Shown here one piece after another: positions 1-9,620 of a stretch of 64,000 nt of DNA. Below the pieces are notes generated by a model. That model saw only the letters and a program-made list of their open reading frames with translations, was not told where the DNA came from and searched no databases. The position numbers and the translations under genes were made by a program. This DNA is from a virus, in the IMG/VR virus record IMGVR_UViG_3300035099_000047, positions 1-64,000 of that record; one strand, 5' to 3'. How positions within the stretch are numbered: the first letter of the stretch is position 1; every line of letters starts with the position of its first letter.

Positions 1-227
1 CAAGCAACGTCCTTGTTATATCGTTGAGGTGTAAATGCAGCCCTGCGCCGGTAAATCGCCACACCTGTATATTTGACTAGATCGTCTATCAACCAACCAT
101 CCAGTTCCATCCAGCGAGGGCGAATCAACCACTTAGCACAATCCCAAAGTTTGGTCAGCGGATTGTACCGCCAATTCCAAAAATCGTCTTGAGACCAACC
201 ACACCCGTGACAATGCAAATATGCCAT
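1..227 (-). CDS. Hypothetical protein with N-terminal CxxC motif (partial, runs off window)
   Basis: Manual translation from ATG at 227 gives MAYLHCHGCGWSQDDFW..., open to the window edge. Confidence 0.6.
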   Translation of the reverse strand, partial: MAYLHCHGCGWSQDDFWNWRYNPLTKLWDCAKWLIRPRWMELDGWLIDDLVKYTGVAIYRRRAAFTPQRYNKDVA

Positions 228-228
228 A

Positions 229-471
229 TCAACACTCCAAATAAGGAAAGCCAAACCGTTCCAATAGATTGGGTTTCACACATTCCTGGCGGACCCTTTG
301 GCTCAGCACGGCAGCATCATACCAGGTGAAGCTCAAATCCGGATTGGCTGCAAATCGACCAAAAGTCGCACAGACCGCTACACGGCTGGCGTCGTCGTAG
401 AGGAATACATACCGTTCCGATCCCTTGACAAGGGCCAATACATTGATGTCTTGAATCCCAACCACCACCAA
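229..471 (-). CDS. Small conserved protein resembling a Planctomycete-specific hypothetical family
   Basis: DINVLALVKGSERYVFLYDD...GRFAANPDLSFTWYDAAVLSQ, recognised from memory as a Planctomycetota family. Confidence 0.7.
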   Translation of the reverse strand: MVVVGIQDINVLALVKGSERYVFLYDDASRVAVCATFGRFAANPDLSFTWYDAAVLSQRVRQECVKPNLLERFGFPYLEC

Positions 472-549
472 CCGTTCTCCAATACCTAAGTCACCTGTAC
501 AAACTCCCGAATCTCCGAGCCATTCCGCAATCTAGTGATTTGCATTCCA

Positions 550-750
550 TCATCCTCCCAACTTATCCAGGAACTCCACCTGCTTGGCTTTAACCTCTCC
601 CTGTCCCGTTGCCTGCCAACCCACCACTACCCGACTTGGATGGGCCTCAGCCAAGGCTTTGGCCTCTTGAGTCAACGGATCAGACTCGTTGGCTATGGTT
701 TCAGTTACCGTAAACTTACCACCTTCACAAATATAATAGAATTGTTTCAT
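550..750 (-). CDS. Hypothetical protein
   Basis: ATGA overlap with terminase stop. Confidence 0.6.
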   Translation of the reverse strand: MKQFYYICEGGKFTVTETIANESDPLTQEAKALAEAHPSRVVVGWQATGQGEVKAKQVEFLDKLGG

Positions 751-3700
751 CTCGCTCCTTTCTCCATCAGTTCCATCGCCTCCAACTGCTGACCAGTCAT
801 AGGCAAAAGTTCCCTAGCCTCTCTCACTCGTCCCAGCCCCTTGTCCTGACCCAACGCCCGGCTCAAGTAGAACACCACACTAGCAAATGAGTCAGAGATG
901 TCTTTACTCTGATGGTCAACGTGATCTACCTTCTTCCTTTCTCCGTCATAAACCAAACCCAACAATTCTTGAATCATCGGTTGGTAGTCGTAAAATTCCA
1001 CCCGATGTTCGTATATCACCTGGCGTGTAGCTTGATACGCTTCATCTGTGCGATCCACGCTGATGATGCTAGTTTGGAAGCCCAATTTTTCCATGATTTG
1101 CCTGGAATCTGAAGAATTGCCGGTAAACACCTCACTATTACCGCACCTAACCGCAAAGTTCCGATAAATACCCACACTGAGACAATGAACCTCTGAAGCC
1201 ACTTTCAAGAAAGCTACTCTAGTCACTTTGTGATTGAAATCCAGGAACCTCTTTGCTATGTGAAATTTAGGTATACTTTGAACAGAAGCTCCCTTAGAAA
1301 TCAAAACTGCCCGGCTAATATCCCAATCCAACGGATCCAAACCAGATTCAACCATTTTCTCCTTTGCAGCAATAGTTTTAGTTTTGAGTCCTCTCTCCGT
1401 CATTCGAGCCCATTCGTCTTTGGACTTGGTTGCTTTTGTTTTGGCTATACTCTCAATCACCGTCCGTCGATATATGGGGTCTTTCCAACATTGACGTATA
1501 GCTTCAGAATAACTCAAACGTCTTCGGGCTACCCATTCCGGATCGTTCCAAAGCCTTTCATTCATTTCCAAACAATGTTCCCGTGCTTTATCCTTCTGTT
1601 TTTTTGACGTCCCTTTCTTGGAAGCTTCCGATCGCCTTCTAAGGAAATTTTCCCTATAAACAGGGTCTTTCATCATCTCCTTCACCTTCGCTCTACATTT
1701 TTCTATTCCTCTCCTCAAACTGTTCAAAAACATAGGGTCATTAAACCTTTCTCGAATTACTTCAGAATGATAATTAAAATGGTCGTTAAAATTCATCCAC
1801 ACCAAATTTTCCCTACGATTGTCCCTCTTGTTAAAATTCAAATGATGCCTAATGGTTTGTTTCCCGTTCTTTTTACCAAAAACCAATTTCCCACCCATGT
1901 TAGTAGCTGATATTAGACGGTCGCAAAAGCAAACATGGGTATATTTGTATCTCAAAACATTTGGTTGGAAAACCATTTCATATCCATCACATCCAGAATC
2001 CTTATTACTAACAATCCTGTTTAGAGGTTCCAAACTGTCTCCAGGCTTCAAATCAGAGGTCTTTCGCCGCTCCCCACCCTTCAAAATCCATTCATGGTTA
2101 GATGTGCAATCATAGAATGATCCATCATCCAAAGTCACCCGGTACACTGGGCAATTTTTACCAACCACCCCCAGATGAGTAGCTTCACCTTCCACAATGC
2201 AATTGTTTCGTCTGTCAAACGAGTACACAGAAAATGACCTGTCTGTACCGTACTCATCCAATATCTGTTGCAAGGTCAAATTGCGGCCATCTACCAATGG
2301 GACGATGGTATTCGGAGTGAGACATTGAAAGGAGTCAAAACTCACACTCTTAATGGGGTATCCCAACTGATCCCGCAAATAAATGATGAACTCTCTGATC
2401 TTGGAAAAATCAATCGAACCCTGCTTAGGTGGTTGTATCCTCAACATGAAATCAATACATATACGGGGCAAGTTACCCACAGTGCTGGAAACATGACCCA
2501 TTGTAATTCCCACACAATCGTGGCGCTCAGCCAAATCCACATGGACATGCCTCACCGCCATAGGATTCAATTTAGGCTTGACAATGGAGTTCTTGACAGT
2601 TACCAAATCCCTCCATTTCAAATAATCTTGCAATTTAACGGAGGACTTGTCACTGAGAACTACGCTCTCCCGAGTGAAAGGGTGCTGGCGACTCGGATCG
2701 ACACACATCCTCACATGTTCCCTGTGCCGGACAAACAGGCTGTGCGCCAGTGTAGCCACCCCTGCAATATCACGCAATGCGTTTTCAACATCAGCGTCAA
2801 ATGATGCCCTATGCTCCACAGGCACCTCTACAACGCGGGACCCTTCTCTGGGCAACTCGCCATCTTCCAATATTCGGCTACCGCTGATGGCATCCCCTAC
2901 CTCTACCTGGAAAGTCTTACCGCTGTAACCCATCACCTCCCGCTTAACATCCCACAAAGCATAATCGGCTATAAAAGTGCCAGGTTTGTCTCTCACTAAG
3001 GCTATATGGTTTTCCAACCAGCTAGTCTCAACATTGCGACTGCTAATCAATATCATTAAGCCTGGCACAACCCCTTTGTATTGGTACCGGTTTTCCAACC
3101 GACGCTGGACCGCTGTGTAGAGCTTTTGGGCCTGGGAAATAGCAATTCCACCAGGTATGTTAGGCACCCGCATGAAGTTGGCTTCGTCGAGCGCTATTGA
3201 AAACAAATTCAATCCCAAGGCATGCAATTCAGTAGAACCATTTATCACCTGAACTCCATGATCAAAAATCAATCCATCCCTAGCCAATCTGTTGCGCATT
3301 TTCAGCGTAGGGGCATGCTGCTGAAAATAAGGGCTTTGCTCAATAAAATGTTTCAATATACTGTGGACATCCTCAGCTTTGTACTTGAAAATGTTATAGA
3401 TTCCCAGCAGCACTGGGGTACCAGGCATCAATCCAAAGTAAGCGCTAGGACTGCGCAAACAACTCAGCAAGTACAACTTGTAGGCCAAGGCGAAACAGGC
3501 TACTGTTGTCTTGCCTGAACCTATGCAACCTGTTGCTATCAATTCATAATAGTGATTTTGTGGGTCCAAAATTTCCAATAACACTTCCACCCATTTGTCG
3601 TACAAGTATTTTCCAAACTCACCTAAGTAATACGGGTCAAAGAGGAATGTTTCAGGGTCGACTGGCTCACGCAGGTAATCAATATCCAACAAGGACCTAT

Positions 3701-3791
3701 AAGTGGAAGACTGCCCGGTCTCCTCCACCTCCCGAGCTATGCGGAGGGCAAGATTTGCAACTTCGGGGTCTATATGCTCAATCGTACTCAA
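747..3791 (-). CDS. terL: Terminase large subunit, intein-containing
   Basis: Walker A GCIGSGKT, Walker B IALDEANF, motif III ISS, RNase H-like nuclease motifs HVDLA and KDISDS; 403-aa intein insertion. Confidence 0.9.
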   Translation of the reverse strand: MSTIEHIDPEVANLALRIAREVEETGQSSTYRSLLDIDYLREPVDPETFLFDPYYLGEFGKYLYDKWVEVLLEILDPQNHYYELIATGCIGSGKTTVACFALAYKLYLLSCLRSPSAYFGLMPGTPVLLGIYNIFKYKAEDVHSILKHFIEQSPYFQQHAPTLKMRNRLARDGLIFDHGVQVINGSTELHALGLNLFSIALDEANFMRVPNIPGGIAISQAQKLYTAVQRRLENRYQYKGVVPGLMILISSRNVETSWLENHIALVRDKPGTFIADYALWDVKREVMGYSGKTFQVEVGDAISGSRILEDGELPREGSRVVEVPVEHRASFDADVENALRDIAGVATLAHSLFVRHREHVRMCVDPSRQHPFTRESVVLSDKSSVKLQDYLKWRDLVTVKNSIVKPKLNPMAVRHVHVDLAERHDCVGITMGHVSSTVGNLPRICIDFMLRIQPPKQGSIDFSKIREFIIYLRDQLGYPIKSVSFDSFQCLTPNTIVPLVDGRNLTLQQILDEYGTDRSFSVYSFDRRNNCIVEGEATHLGVVGKNCPVYRVTLDDGSFYDCTSNHEWILKGGERRKTSDLKPGDSLEPLNRIVSNKDSGCDGYEMVFQPNVLRYKYTHVCFCDRLISATNMGGKLVFGKKNGKQTIRHHLNFNKRDNRRENLVWMNFNDHFNYHSEVIRERFNDPMFLNSLRRGIEKCRAKVKEMMKDPVYRENFLRRRSEASKKGTSKKQKDKAREHCLEMNERLWNDPEWVARRRLSYSEAIRQCWKDPIYRRTVIESIAKTKATKSKDEWARMTERGLKTKTIAAKEKMVESGLDPLDWDISRAVLISKGASVQSIPKFHIAKRFLDFNHKVTRVAFLKVASEVHCLSVGIYRNFAVRCGNSEVFTGNSSDSRQIMEKLGFQTSIISVDRTDEAYQATRQVIYEHRVEFYDYQPMIQELLGLVYDGERKKVDHVDHQSKDISDSFASVVFYLSRALGQDKGLGRVREARELLPMTGQQLEAMELMEKGAR
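1116..2324 (-). mobile_element. Intein with HNH homing endonuclease in the terminase nuclease domain
   Basis: N-junction SFDSFQ|CLTPNT, block B CTSNHEW, HNH motif HHLNFNKRDNRRENL, C-junction VFTGN|S. Confidence 0.88.
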
Positions 3792-4018
3792 TTCACAATT
3801 TCAGCTATCTTTTCATACTTGGAGTCAAAGTCAAAAGCGGGTAAAACTTCTGACACCCCCTTACCCGAAGCCCCCTCAATTATCCAATCTCCTGACACTT
3901 GTTTCCTAGCTCGGTAAATGCCTTTTGGCAATTGGTACTTCCCTTTTTCACTGCTTTTTTCTCGCACTAAAAACCAACCCAATTTAGAACCCTCCATTTT
4001 CGTTTCCAGGATTAACAT
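3788..4018 (-). CDS. Hypothetical protein
   Basis: ORF coupled to the terL start. Confidence 0.5.
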   Translation of the reverse strand: MLILETKMEGSKLGWFLVREKSSEKGKYQLPKGIYRARKQVSGDWIIEGASGKGVSEVLPAFDFDSKYEKIAEIVN

Positions 4019-4054
4019 CCAATTCGATTGCCACTATTCCATCCTCTTTGCTAT

Positions 4055-4369
4055 TCAAACATCGCAACCATACCCTCGCAAAGCTTCCAACCCACTTTCT
4101 GTGGTTTGATAGATTTCGTTTGGGTACTTCCCAAAACTGATCATCAGCCGATGTGAAATCAAATAATTCACATAAGCTTGCAACAAATTTTCCGAACGCA
4201 CTCTAATATCACCTCTTGCATCGGTTAGCAAATCATCCAACTCTCCCCTTGTAGCCCCTTTTACAGCAGACATCAACAAATCCATTTCAATGGGAGATAG
4301 GCCGTAACTTTCCACCAGGTGGTCAACAGCTTCTACAAATCTCATCCAACCTTCCCCAACCTTCCCCAA
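4055..4369 (-). CDS. Winged-helix-like protein, paralog 3 of a tandem triplet
   Basis: C-terminus YQTTESGLEALRGYGCDV shared with neighbours. Confidence 0.7.
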   Translation of the reverse strand: MGKVGEGWMRFVEAVDHLVESYGLSPIEMDLLMSAVKGATRGELDDLLTDARGDIRVRSENLLQAYVNYLISHRLMISFGKYPNEIYQTTESGLEALRGYGCDV

Positions 4370-4381
4370 CCACTGGCTTAT

Positions 4382-4693
4382 TCAAACATCGCAACCATAC
4401 CCTCGCAAAGCTTCCAACCCACTTTCTGTGGTTTGATAAACCTGGTTCGGAGGCTTTCCAAAAACTTCCATCAACCCATTAGATAATAAAACATCGAGTA
4501 TCTCTTCCCAACCGGAATATAAAAGAGTTTTGGGCGGTACTGGCCAAAAATCCTCCCTGGTACAACCCTTTATCCCCATTTTCAACAATTCAACCGCTAT
4601 ACCGAACTGGTATGACCTCGGTGCCAACCTATCAACTACTTCACCAAATCTCATCCAACCTTCTCCAACTCTTACAACCGATGGCTTATTCAA
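4382..4693 (-). CDS. Winged-helix-like protein, paralog 2
   Basis: Same C-terminus YQTTESGLEALRGYGCDV. Confidence 0.7.
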   Translation of the reverse strand: MNKPSVVRVGEGWMRFGEVVDRLAPRSYQFGIAVELLKMGIKGCTREDFWPVPPKTLLYSGWEEILDVLLSNGLMEVFGKPPNQVYQTTESGLEALRGYGCDV

Positions 4694-4962
4694 ACATCAT
4701 AACCATACCCTTGCAAAGCTTCCAACCCTTTTTCCGTAGTTTGACAAATCTCGTTTGGATACCTCCCGAAACAGGCCATCAACCCATTAGCTGACAAATC
4801 ATCAATTTCAAGTAACCAAACAGCCGTTGGAATAGATATGGACAATGCCTTCGGAATATCCTCCCAGGCACAACCACCTATCCCCAATTGTAACAACCTG
4901 GCCCCTAAATCTGACAGGTAAAACTCTTCTGTCAACTTGTCAACAGCTTCTACAAACTTCAT
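4690..4962 (-). CDS. Winged-helix-like protein, paralog 1
   Basis: C-terminus QTTEKGLEALQGYGYDV; N-terminus FVEAVD shared. Confidence 0.7.
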   Translation of the reverse strand: MKFVEAVDKLTEEFYLSDLGARLLQLGIGGCAWEDIPKALSISIPTAVWLLEIDDLSANGLMACFGRYPNEICQTTEKGLEALQGYGYDV

Positions 4963-5618
4963 TCCGCCTTCTCCAACCTCAACTTGCCCTTCCCATCATC
5001 CCCATTTGCAGCAGCCAACAACCGTTTGACCTTGGAAAGCAAATCACTCCTTTCTCTCGGATCTGACGGGATTGCTATAGGCTGAGACACCTGCTGTACA
5101 TTCACGTTTACAGCCGGTTGCGATTGAGTAATGGGTGGAACCGTCCGACCCTCATCGTACAATTCCTTGGCGTGTATTCGCAAATGTTCACTCAACTCCA
5201 ACAACTCAGGAAACCCCAGCTGAGACACCCTATTAGAATCAGTCAATTCCCGATCAGTCCGGTCCATAGCATCCAACAACCGATTCAATCGGTTCATGCG
5301 CTTGACAGTTGCTATATCCATCATAGCGTTGGCCCGAGCGGCCACCACCCTTTGCAAGTTATCCAAACCAGCCAAGCACTCAGATGGAACCTCTTCCCCC
5401 TTCAATATCAAGGCAGCCACGTGACTAACCAAATCCTGTGGAGGGGGCGGGGCATGTTTACGACGCAAATACTGTTGGTACTCCATCCAGCTACAAATGC
5501 CATGGGTTTTTAAATGACTCACACTCCTGTGATTGAAATGACGACCACATATCTCACAAGTGAATTCCGTTTGGACCGATATTGTAGCCATATCAAAAGT
5601 CCTATTCAGCTTCAACAT
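4959..5618 (-). CDS. C2H2-like zinc-finger/coiled-coil protein, possible terminase small subunit
   Basis: CEICGRHF...HLKTHG, helical middle, upstream of terL. Confidence 0.45.
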   Translation of the reverse strand: MLKLNRTFDMATISVQTEFTCEICGRHFNHRSVSHLKTHGICSWMEYQQYLRRKHAPPPPQDLVSHVAALILKGEEVPSECLAGLDNLQRVVAARANAMMDIATVKRMNRLNRLLDAMDRTDRELTDSNRVSQLGFPELLELSEHLRIHAKELYDEGRTVPPITQSQPAVNVNVQQVSQPIAIPSDPRERSDLLSKVKRLLAAANGDDGKGKLRLEKAE

Positions 5619-5994
5619 CCTTGACCTCTAATCCGTGCAATTCTACTTTATAACTGTGCTTTCTCATCTCCAAGGCTCGCATAGCATTCACTTCATGTTG
5701 CTTGAAAGGCAACATTTGACACCGAAACCACACTGACACCACTTGACCATTGTGGGTTTCAACATCCAAATGAGTGCTACCGTGAACTGTTCCTCCATCA
5801 CCATAAAATCTGGTACCGCGACACTTGAATGCCCGTTGCACCTTGTTCCATCCTCTGGAATACCAACGATGTTTCAACCAATCTGCTAACCCATGATACC
5901 ACCTGTATGGCCGATCGGGTAACAGCCCTTCAGGGTCGGCTATCCACTTGCTACCATCGGCCTTGAACACTAACATATCACCCTCCACCACCAA
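5602..5994 (-). CDS. Hypothetical protein
   Basis: ORF overlapping both neighbours. Confidence 0.55.
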   Translation of the reverse strand: MVVEGDMLVFKADGSKWIADPEGLLPDRPYRWYHGLADWLKHRWYSRGWNKVQRAFKCRGTRFYGDGGTVHGSTHLDVETHNGQVVSVWFRCQMLPFKQHEVNAMRALEMRKHSYKVELHGLEVKDVEAE

Positions 5995-6343
5995 TCACCA
6001 CGATACCCAATTTGCGCAGTGCAACATCCACTTTATTACAAGCCTGCTGAATCTCATGTATTGTCACACCATAACTCCCGGCTATGTCTCGCAGCCCTCG
6101 CTCACACCGTTGCACCTCAGCCCACAGCGATACATCTCTTACGTAGCGCTCTACTAATTCCCTAGACGGTATTCGGATGGTTTGGCCAGCGAAAATATCA
6201 AGGAATTTAATCACAGCCTCCCTACCAAAGATTTCATACATTTCCGGAAAAAACTGGGTTCTATCAGTAGCAACCAACATTGCATAAAGTGCATCCACGT
6301 GGCGATTGCTATTAACGTCAAACAAATGCAACTCGCCCACCAA
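5978..6343 (-). CDS. Mor/C-family transcriptional activator-like protein
   Basis: EIFGREAVIKFLDIFAGQTIRIP followed by C-terminal HTH LRDIAGSYGVTIHEIQQ. Confidence 0.7.
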   Translation of the reverse strand: MVGELHLFDVNSNRHVDALYAMLVATDRTQFFPEMYEIFGREAVIKFLDIFAGQTIRIPSRELVERYVRDVSLWAEVQRCERGLRDIAGSYGVTIHEIQQACNKVDVALRKLGIVVIGGGG

Positions 6344-6367
6344 CTCTCTCCCAACCCCATTTCACCC

Positions 6368-7102
6368 CTATTCCCCCACCAATAACCGACGGCCCACTTC
6401 ATCAATCACCTCGTGACTCCGCTCGTTCACCAAATCGTGGAACTTGTACCGGTACTGATACATAAACCACCGACACATCAGCCTAACGAAACTAATGCAC
6501 ACTTTGGGATTAGCTACATGATACCAGTTGCTCAATAAGCTTTCAGGGACTTTGTCACCCTTAATCATCAAAGACACCACCACAGCCAATACTCGTGCAC
6601 CAAATCCAAACCTATCTCTACTCAAGGCAAAGCTAGCCACTTGGTTAGGTAAATCTTCCAGTATAAGCTTGGCATCTACTTGGCGGGGTACCGAGGATTG
6701 AGATTTCAAAGTAATCTCCGCAGCCTTAGCCCTTGGAATAGAATCGGCTATGTCCCTCAAATCGTGAGATCGCAAATAGTCAATTACCATACGACGAACC
6801 GTTATCCACATCATACTACTAAACACACTGCGAGGACGGCCTGCATAATAATCCAACCGTCCAGACATACGCAACAACACCTCACTGATAATATCCTCCC
6901 GATCTGAGTCCTTGATCCATCCAAAACCGTCGTCTATAACCCAATGGATCAAGGGTACTATGGCATCTAACAACAATGTCAGATTTTCATCAGTCGGTTC
7001 AGCAATATACCGACAGTGGGCAAGATAGAGCTTGCCTTTAGAGTGGCTTACGTACCGCAAACGGGACCAATCCATGACGGCGGTTCCCACAGTCCCTGGC
7101 AA
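6368..7102 (-). CDS. Sigma70 region-2-like phage transcription factor
   Basis: REDIISEVLLRM...FSSMMWITVRRMVIDYLR. Confidence 0.6.
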   Translation of the reverse strand: MPGTVGTAVMDWSRLRYVSHSKGKLYLAHCRYIAEPTDENLTLLLDAIVPLIHWVIDDGFGWIKDSDREDIISEVLLRMSGRLDYYAGRPRSVFSSMMWITVRRMVIDYLRSHDLRDIADSIPRAKAAEITLKSQSSVPRQVDAKLILEDLPNQVASFALSRDRFGFGARVLAVVVSLMIKGDKVPESLLSNWYHVANPKVCISFVRLMCRWFMYQYRYKFHDLVNERSHEVIDEVGRRLLVGE

Positions 7103-7131
7103 ATGTTGCGAATACGCTATCGCACCAGCCT

Positions 7132-7160
7132 ACTATAATTGAATGTTCAAACTTAGTCAA
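7132..7160 (-). promoter_or_regulatory. Sigma70-type promoter TTGACT-17-TATAGT
   Basis: Directly upstream of the sigma-like gene. Confidence 0.6.
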
Positions 7161-7166
7161 ACCCTG

Positions 7167-7499
7167 TCAACAACAACTAGATCGCTCCGGTACATCCCTA
7201 CCAACAAACAACCCACGACACTCTGGATGAGCCCTCCACCACCAGATAGTGCTAATCACTACAGCCCTTACCACAGGTTCCAGGCTGCCACACAACAACC
7301 CACCGTAATGGCTCTGGTAAGCATCTCGAACGTGACGTTGCAAGCCTTTACGGGCCCGGTCACTAATATCCAACTGATTAGTTGGCCAGTATTCCAACAC
7401 CAACTTGAGCAAACTGCAATTCAAGTCATGATTGGACAACAATGGTCCAAAAATGCGACCAGCCACACAAATTTGCTGCTCAAGTTGGTTGAGGTCCAC
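7167..7499 (-). CDS. Hypothetical protein
   Basis: ORF on coding strand. Confidence 0.5.
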   Translation of the reverse strand: MDLNQLEQQICVAGRIFGPLLSNHDLNCSLLKLVLEYWPTNQLDISDRARKGLQRHVRDAYQSHYGGLLCGSLEPVVRAVVISTIWWWRAHPECRGLFVGRDVPERSSCC

Positions 7500-7554
7500 T
7501 GTTCTGCGACCTACTCAAAGACCAACTGAATAGAAACCACAACGTTTGGCCATT

Positions 7555-7752
7555 TCATGCTGTTCCATAGCTTAGCCCTTTCACGTCTGCCGATGGGGCA
7601 ACGATCCAACCAGCGTCGGTGATAGCTTCCGGTTCTTTCCCTTCAGATTCAGGCGAGTGCATCCACTGCACATAAGCATCCGGGAACGTCCCGGCCTGGA
7701 TGAAATACCGGCAGCCATCGCTCGTAAGTACCTCAAAGAGTCGCAGCTTCAT
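7555..7752 (-). CDS. Hypothetical protein
   Basis: ORF on coding strand, overlapping upstream gene. Confidence 0.55.
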   Translation of the reverse strand: MKLRLFEVLTSDGCRYFIQAGTFPDAYVQWMHSPESEGKEPEAITDAGWIVAPSADVKGLSYGTA

Positions 7753-8242
7753 CGCTTGGGTTCCTTTCTTTCTTGCTTAGTGATGGTAATAGTCTCAACT
7801 GCTTCTGTTTGGCGAGGGCAGCGACCAATTCACGGATACGCTCGACGAACGGCTTGCCGTCGGGCCAGCCGAGGGCCGAGGCAACTTCGCACTGAAACGC
7901 ATCGGCCTCGCCAATCAGTTCGTCTCGTTGCGCCTTCAATTCGGCGACCTGCTTCCAGAACCGGCAGAAAAGTCCGCAATTGGGGCATCGTGGCTCCCCT
8001 AAAGGCCGTTCGCTCCAAACTGGGCAAGTTGCAACTGTCTTACCGTCGTCAGAAGGCATTCGGTCACTCCCACACAGCGGGCACTTCTCACCAGCGGGAG
8101 GAGCCTCGGCCGCCTGAGCATCAATTGCCGCTTGCAACGCCTCGGGATCGAATCCGCGGTAGGCGGCAACCAACAGGGCATCGAAGGCCCGCTCTTCTGC
8201 CGAAGTAGTGGCTGAATAGTTGACTTCATCACTCTCACTCAT
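7733..8242 (-). CDS. Zn-ribbon/coiled-coil hypothetical protein
   Basis: CPLCG and CPNCG motifs; AAAGGAG RBS. Confidence 0.6.
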   Translation of the reverse strand: MSESDEVNYSATTSAEERAFDALLVAAYRGFDPEALQAAIDAQAAEAPPAGEKCPLCGSDRMPSDDGKTVATCPVWSERPLGEPRCPNCGLFCRFWKQVAELKAQRDELIGEADAFQCEVASALGWPDGKPFVERIRELVAALAKQKQLRLLPSLSKKERNPSDEAATL

Positions 8243-8277
8243 TCGCTTACTCCTTTCGCCGTCTCAGCAGCCTCACC

Positions 8278-8646
8278 TCAATCATTGGCTCTTACTTGTA
8301 CCGCCAGCTCATCCCGCTGCTGCGTAAGCAGGTCGATTTCTTCTTCCAGTCGCCGGACGGTATCCTTTAACGATGTTTCGGCTTCCGTGTAGCCCTCTTC
8401 GTAGCCCTTTTCCTTGGCGCTGTCCAAACATTTGTCACATGGTTCGACACGGAACTGTGGTTGATTCCGGGACCGACCGCGGGTGAACTCCGTCTGGTTG
8501 CAGAGCCCATTGCCGCAGGCTGCACAATACACCTCGATGTTCACGTTCATGGAGACTTCCGGCATATTCCACCTCCAATCACTTTTTGCACAGTCGCGAT
8601 CCCTTTGCAACCCCGGCGGCGTCCATAACGGCCTCCACAACAGCAC
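8278..8646 (-). CDS. Zn-ribbon/coiled-coil hypothetical protein (true start probably MPEVS)
   Basis: CAACG...CDKC followed by coiled coil. Confidence 0.6.
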   Translation of the reverse strand: MLLWRPLWTPPGLQRDRDCAKSDWRWNMPEVSMNVNIEVYCAACGNGLCNQTEFTRGRSRNQPQFRVEPCDKCLDSAKEKGYEEGYTEAETSLKDTVRRLEEEIDLLTQQRDELAVQVRAND

Positions 8647-8833
8647 GCATATCGCCCCACGTTTGTATCAGAGGGTCCCTCTCGCTCGGATATGTTTGGT
8701 CAAGGGCAACCTCCAACCGCCAGGTCAGTTCTTGGATTCCATCAGCATTGCCACCGAACAGCTTGAGCAGGCGTTCCCAGCAACGGGTTTCGATGCCGAT
8801 ATCCATTGCAAAAATCCTGAAAAACAATTTCAA
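8579..8833 (-). CDS. Hypothetical protein
   Basis: ORF on coding strand. Confidence 0.45.
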   Translation of the reverse strand: MKLFFRIFAMDIGIETRCWERLLKLFGGNADGIQELTWRLEVALDQTYPSERDPLIQTWGDMRAVVEAVMDAAGVAKGSRLCKK

Positions 8834-8840
8834 CCAAAAA

Positions 8841-9257
8841 TCATGCCTGAGTCCTCGATGTGTCTACAATCCGCACTAATGGCCCACAAGGGCACACCTG
8901 CACAAATGGTGACAGCCCCCTTCCACAGTTCGGACATCGCCAACCAATGAGGCCAAAGGCAGAAGTGGACATCTTTGCCGAACACTCAGCACAATATGGT
9001 CCACTCCCATCGCTGTGAATGGTACCCCCCATGATACTTTTGCCACACTTGATGCAAAACCATCCAGAGGACATCCGGAAAAACTCAGGTTGGATGTTAG
9101 ATTTAGTTGCCGTGTTTGTACTCCTGTGTTCTCCGTTCACAAAAACTCGCGATGTCGCGGAGGCACACTTCCTCGTAGAGGGTATACACCTTGGGATAAA
9201 AGGCGTACTTGCGCCAACGAATACACCATGCAATCCAGCCAAGCACTCCATCACCAT
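8841..9257 (-). CDS. Cys-rich small protein (true start probably MSSGWFC)
   Basis: CIKCG, CAEC and GWRCPNCGRGLSPFVQVCPC motifs. Confidence 0.5.
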   Translation of the reverse strand: MVMECLAGLHGVFVGASTPFIPRCIPSTRKCASATSRVFVNGEHRSTNTATKSNIQPEFFRMSSGWFCIKCGKSIMGGTIHSDGSGPYCAECSAKMSTSAFGLIGWRCPNCGRGLSPFVQVCPCGPLVRIVDTSRTQA

Positions 9258-9372
9258 ATTTGGAAACTACTCTCCAAATGTGGGTTTTTGATTTTGACCT
9301 CGCAGGCACAAACCGAATGTGTGTAGCCATACACTTGCCCATAACTGCGGTTGTCACGCCTTCCACCTCCAC
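9103..9372 (-). CDS. Hypothetical phage protein
   Basis: LGWIAWCIRWRKYAFYP...CLRDIASFC, typical small phage ORF. Confidence 0.6.
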   Translation of the reverse strand: MEVEGVTTAVMGKCMATHIRFVPARSKSKTHIWRVVSKYGDGVLGWIAWCIRWRKYAFYPKVYTLYEEVCLRDIASFCERRTQEYKHGN

Positions 9373-9620
9373 ATCAAGCCACCTTCCTGCGACGCTTGCG
9401 CTTGGTTTTGAGTGCCTCGCGCATGTGAGCTTGGGCCAATAGGCTAGTACCGTTGCGCCAATCCGTGACCTTGATTCGCTGGCGGTACAAATGCCCGCTA
9501 ACCTTGGTTACATCGTCCAAAGACCCCAACCCGGTCGGCTATTGCCTTGTGGCTAAAGCCACCGTTGCGGGCCAACATTTCAATGCGCGCCTTGCTCAAA
9601 TCATCCAACATTTCGACACC

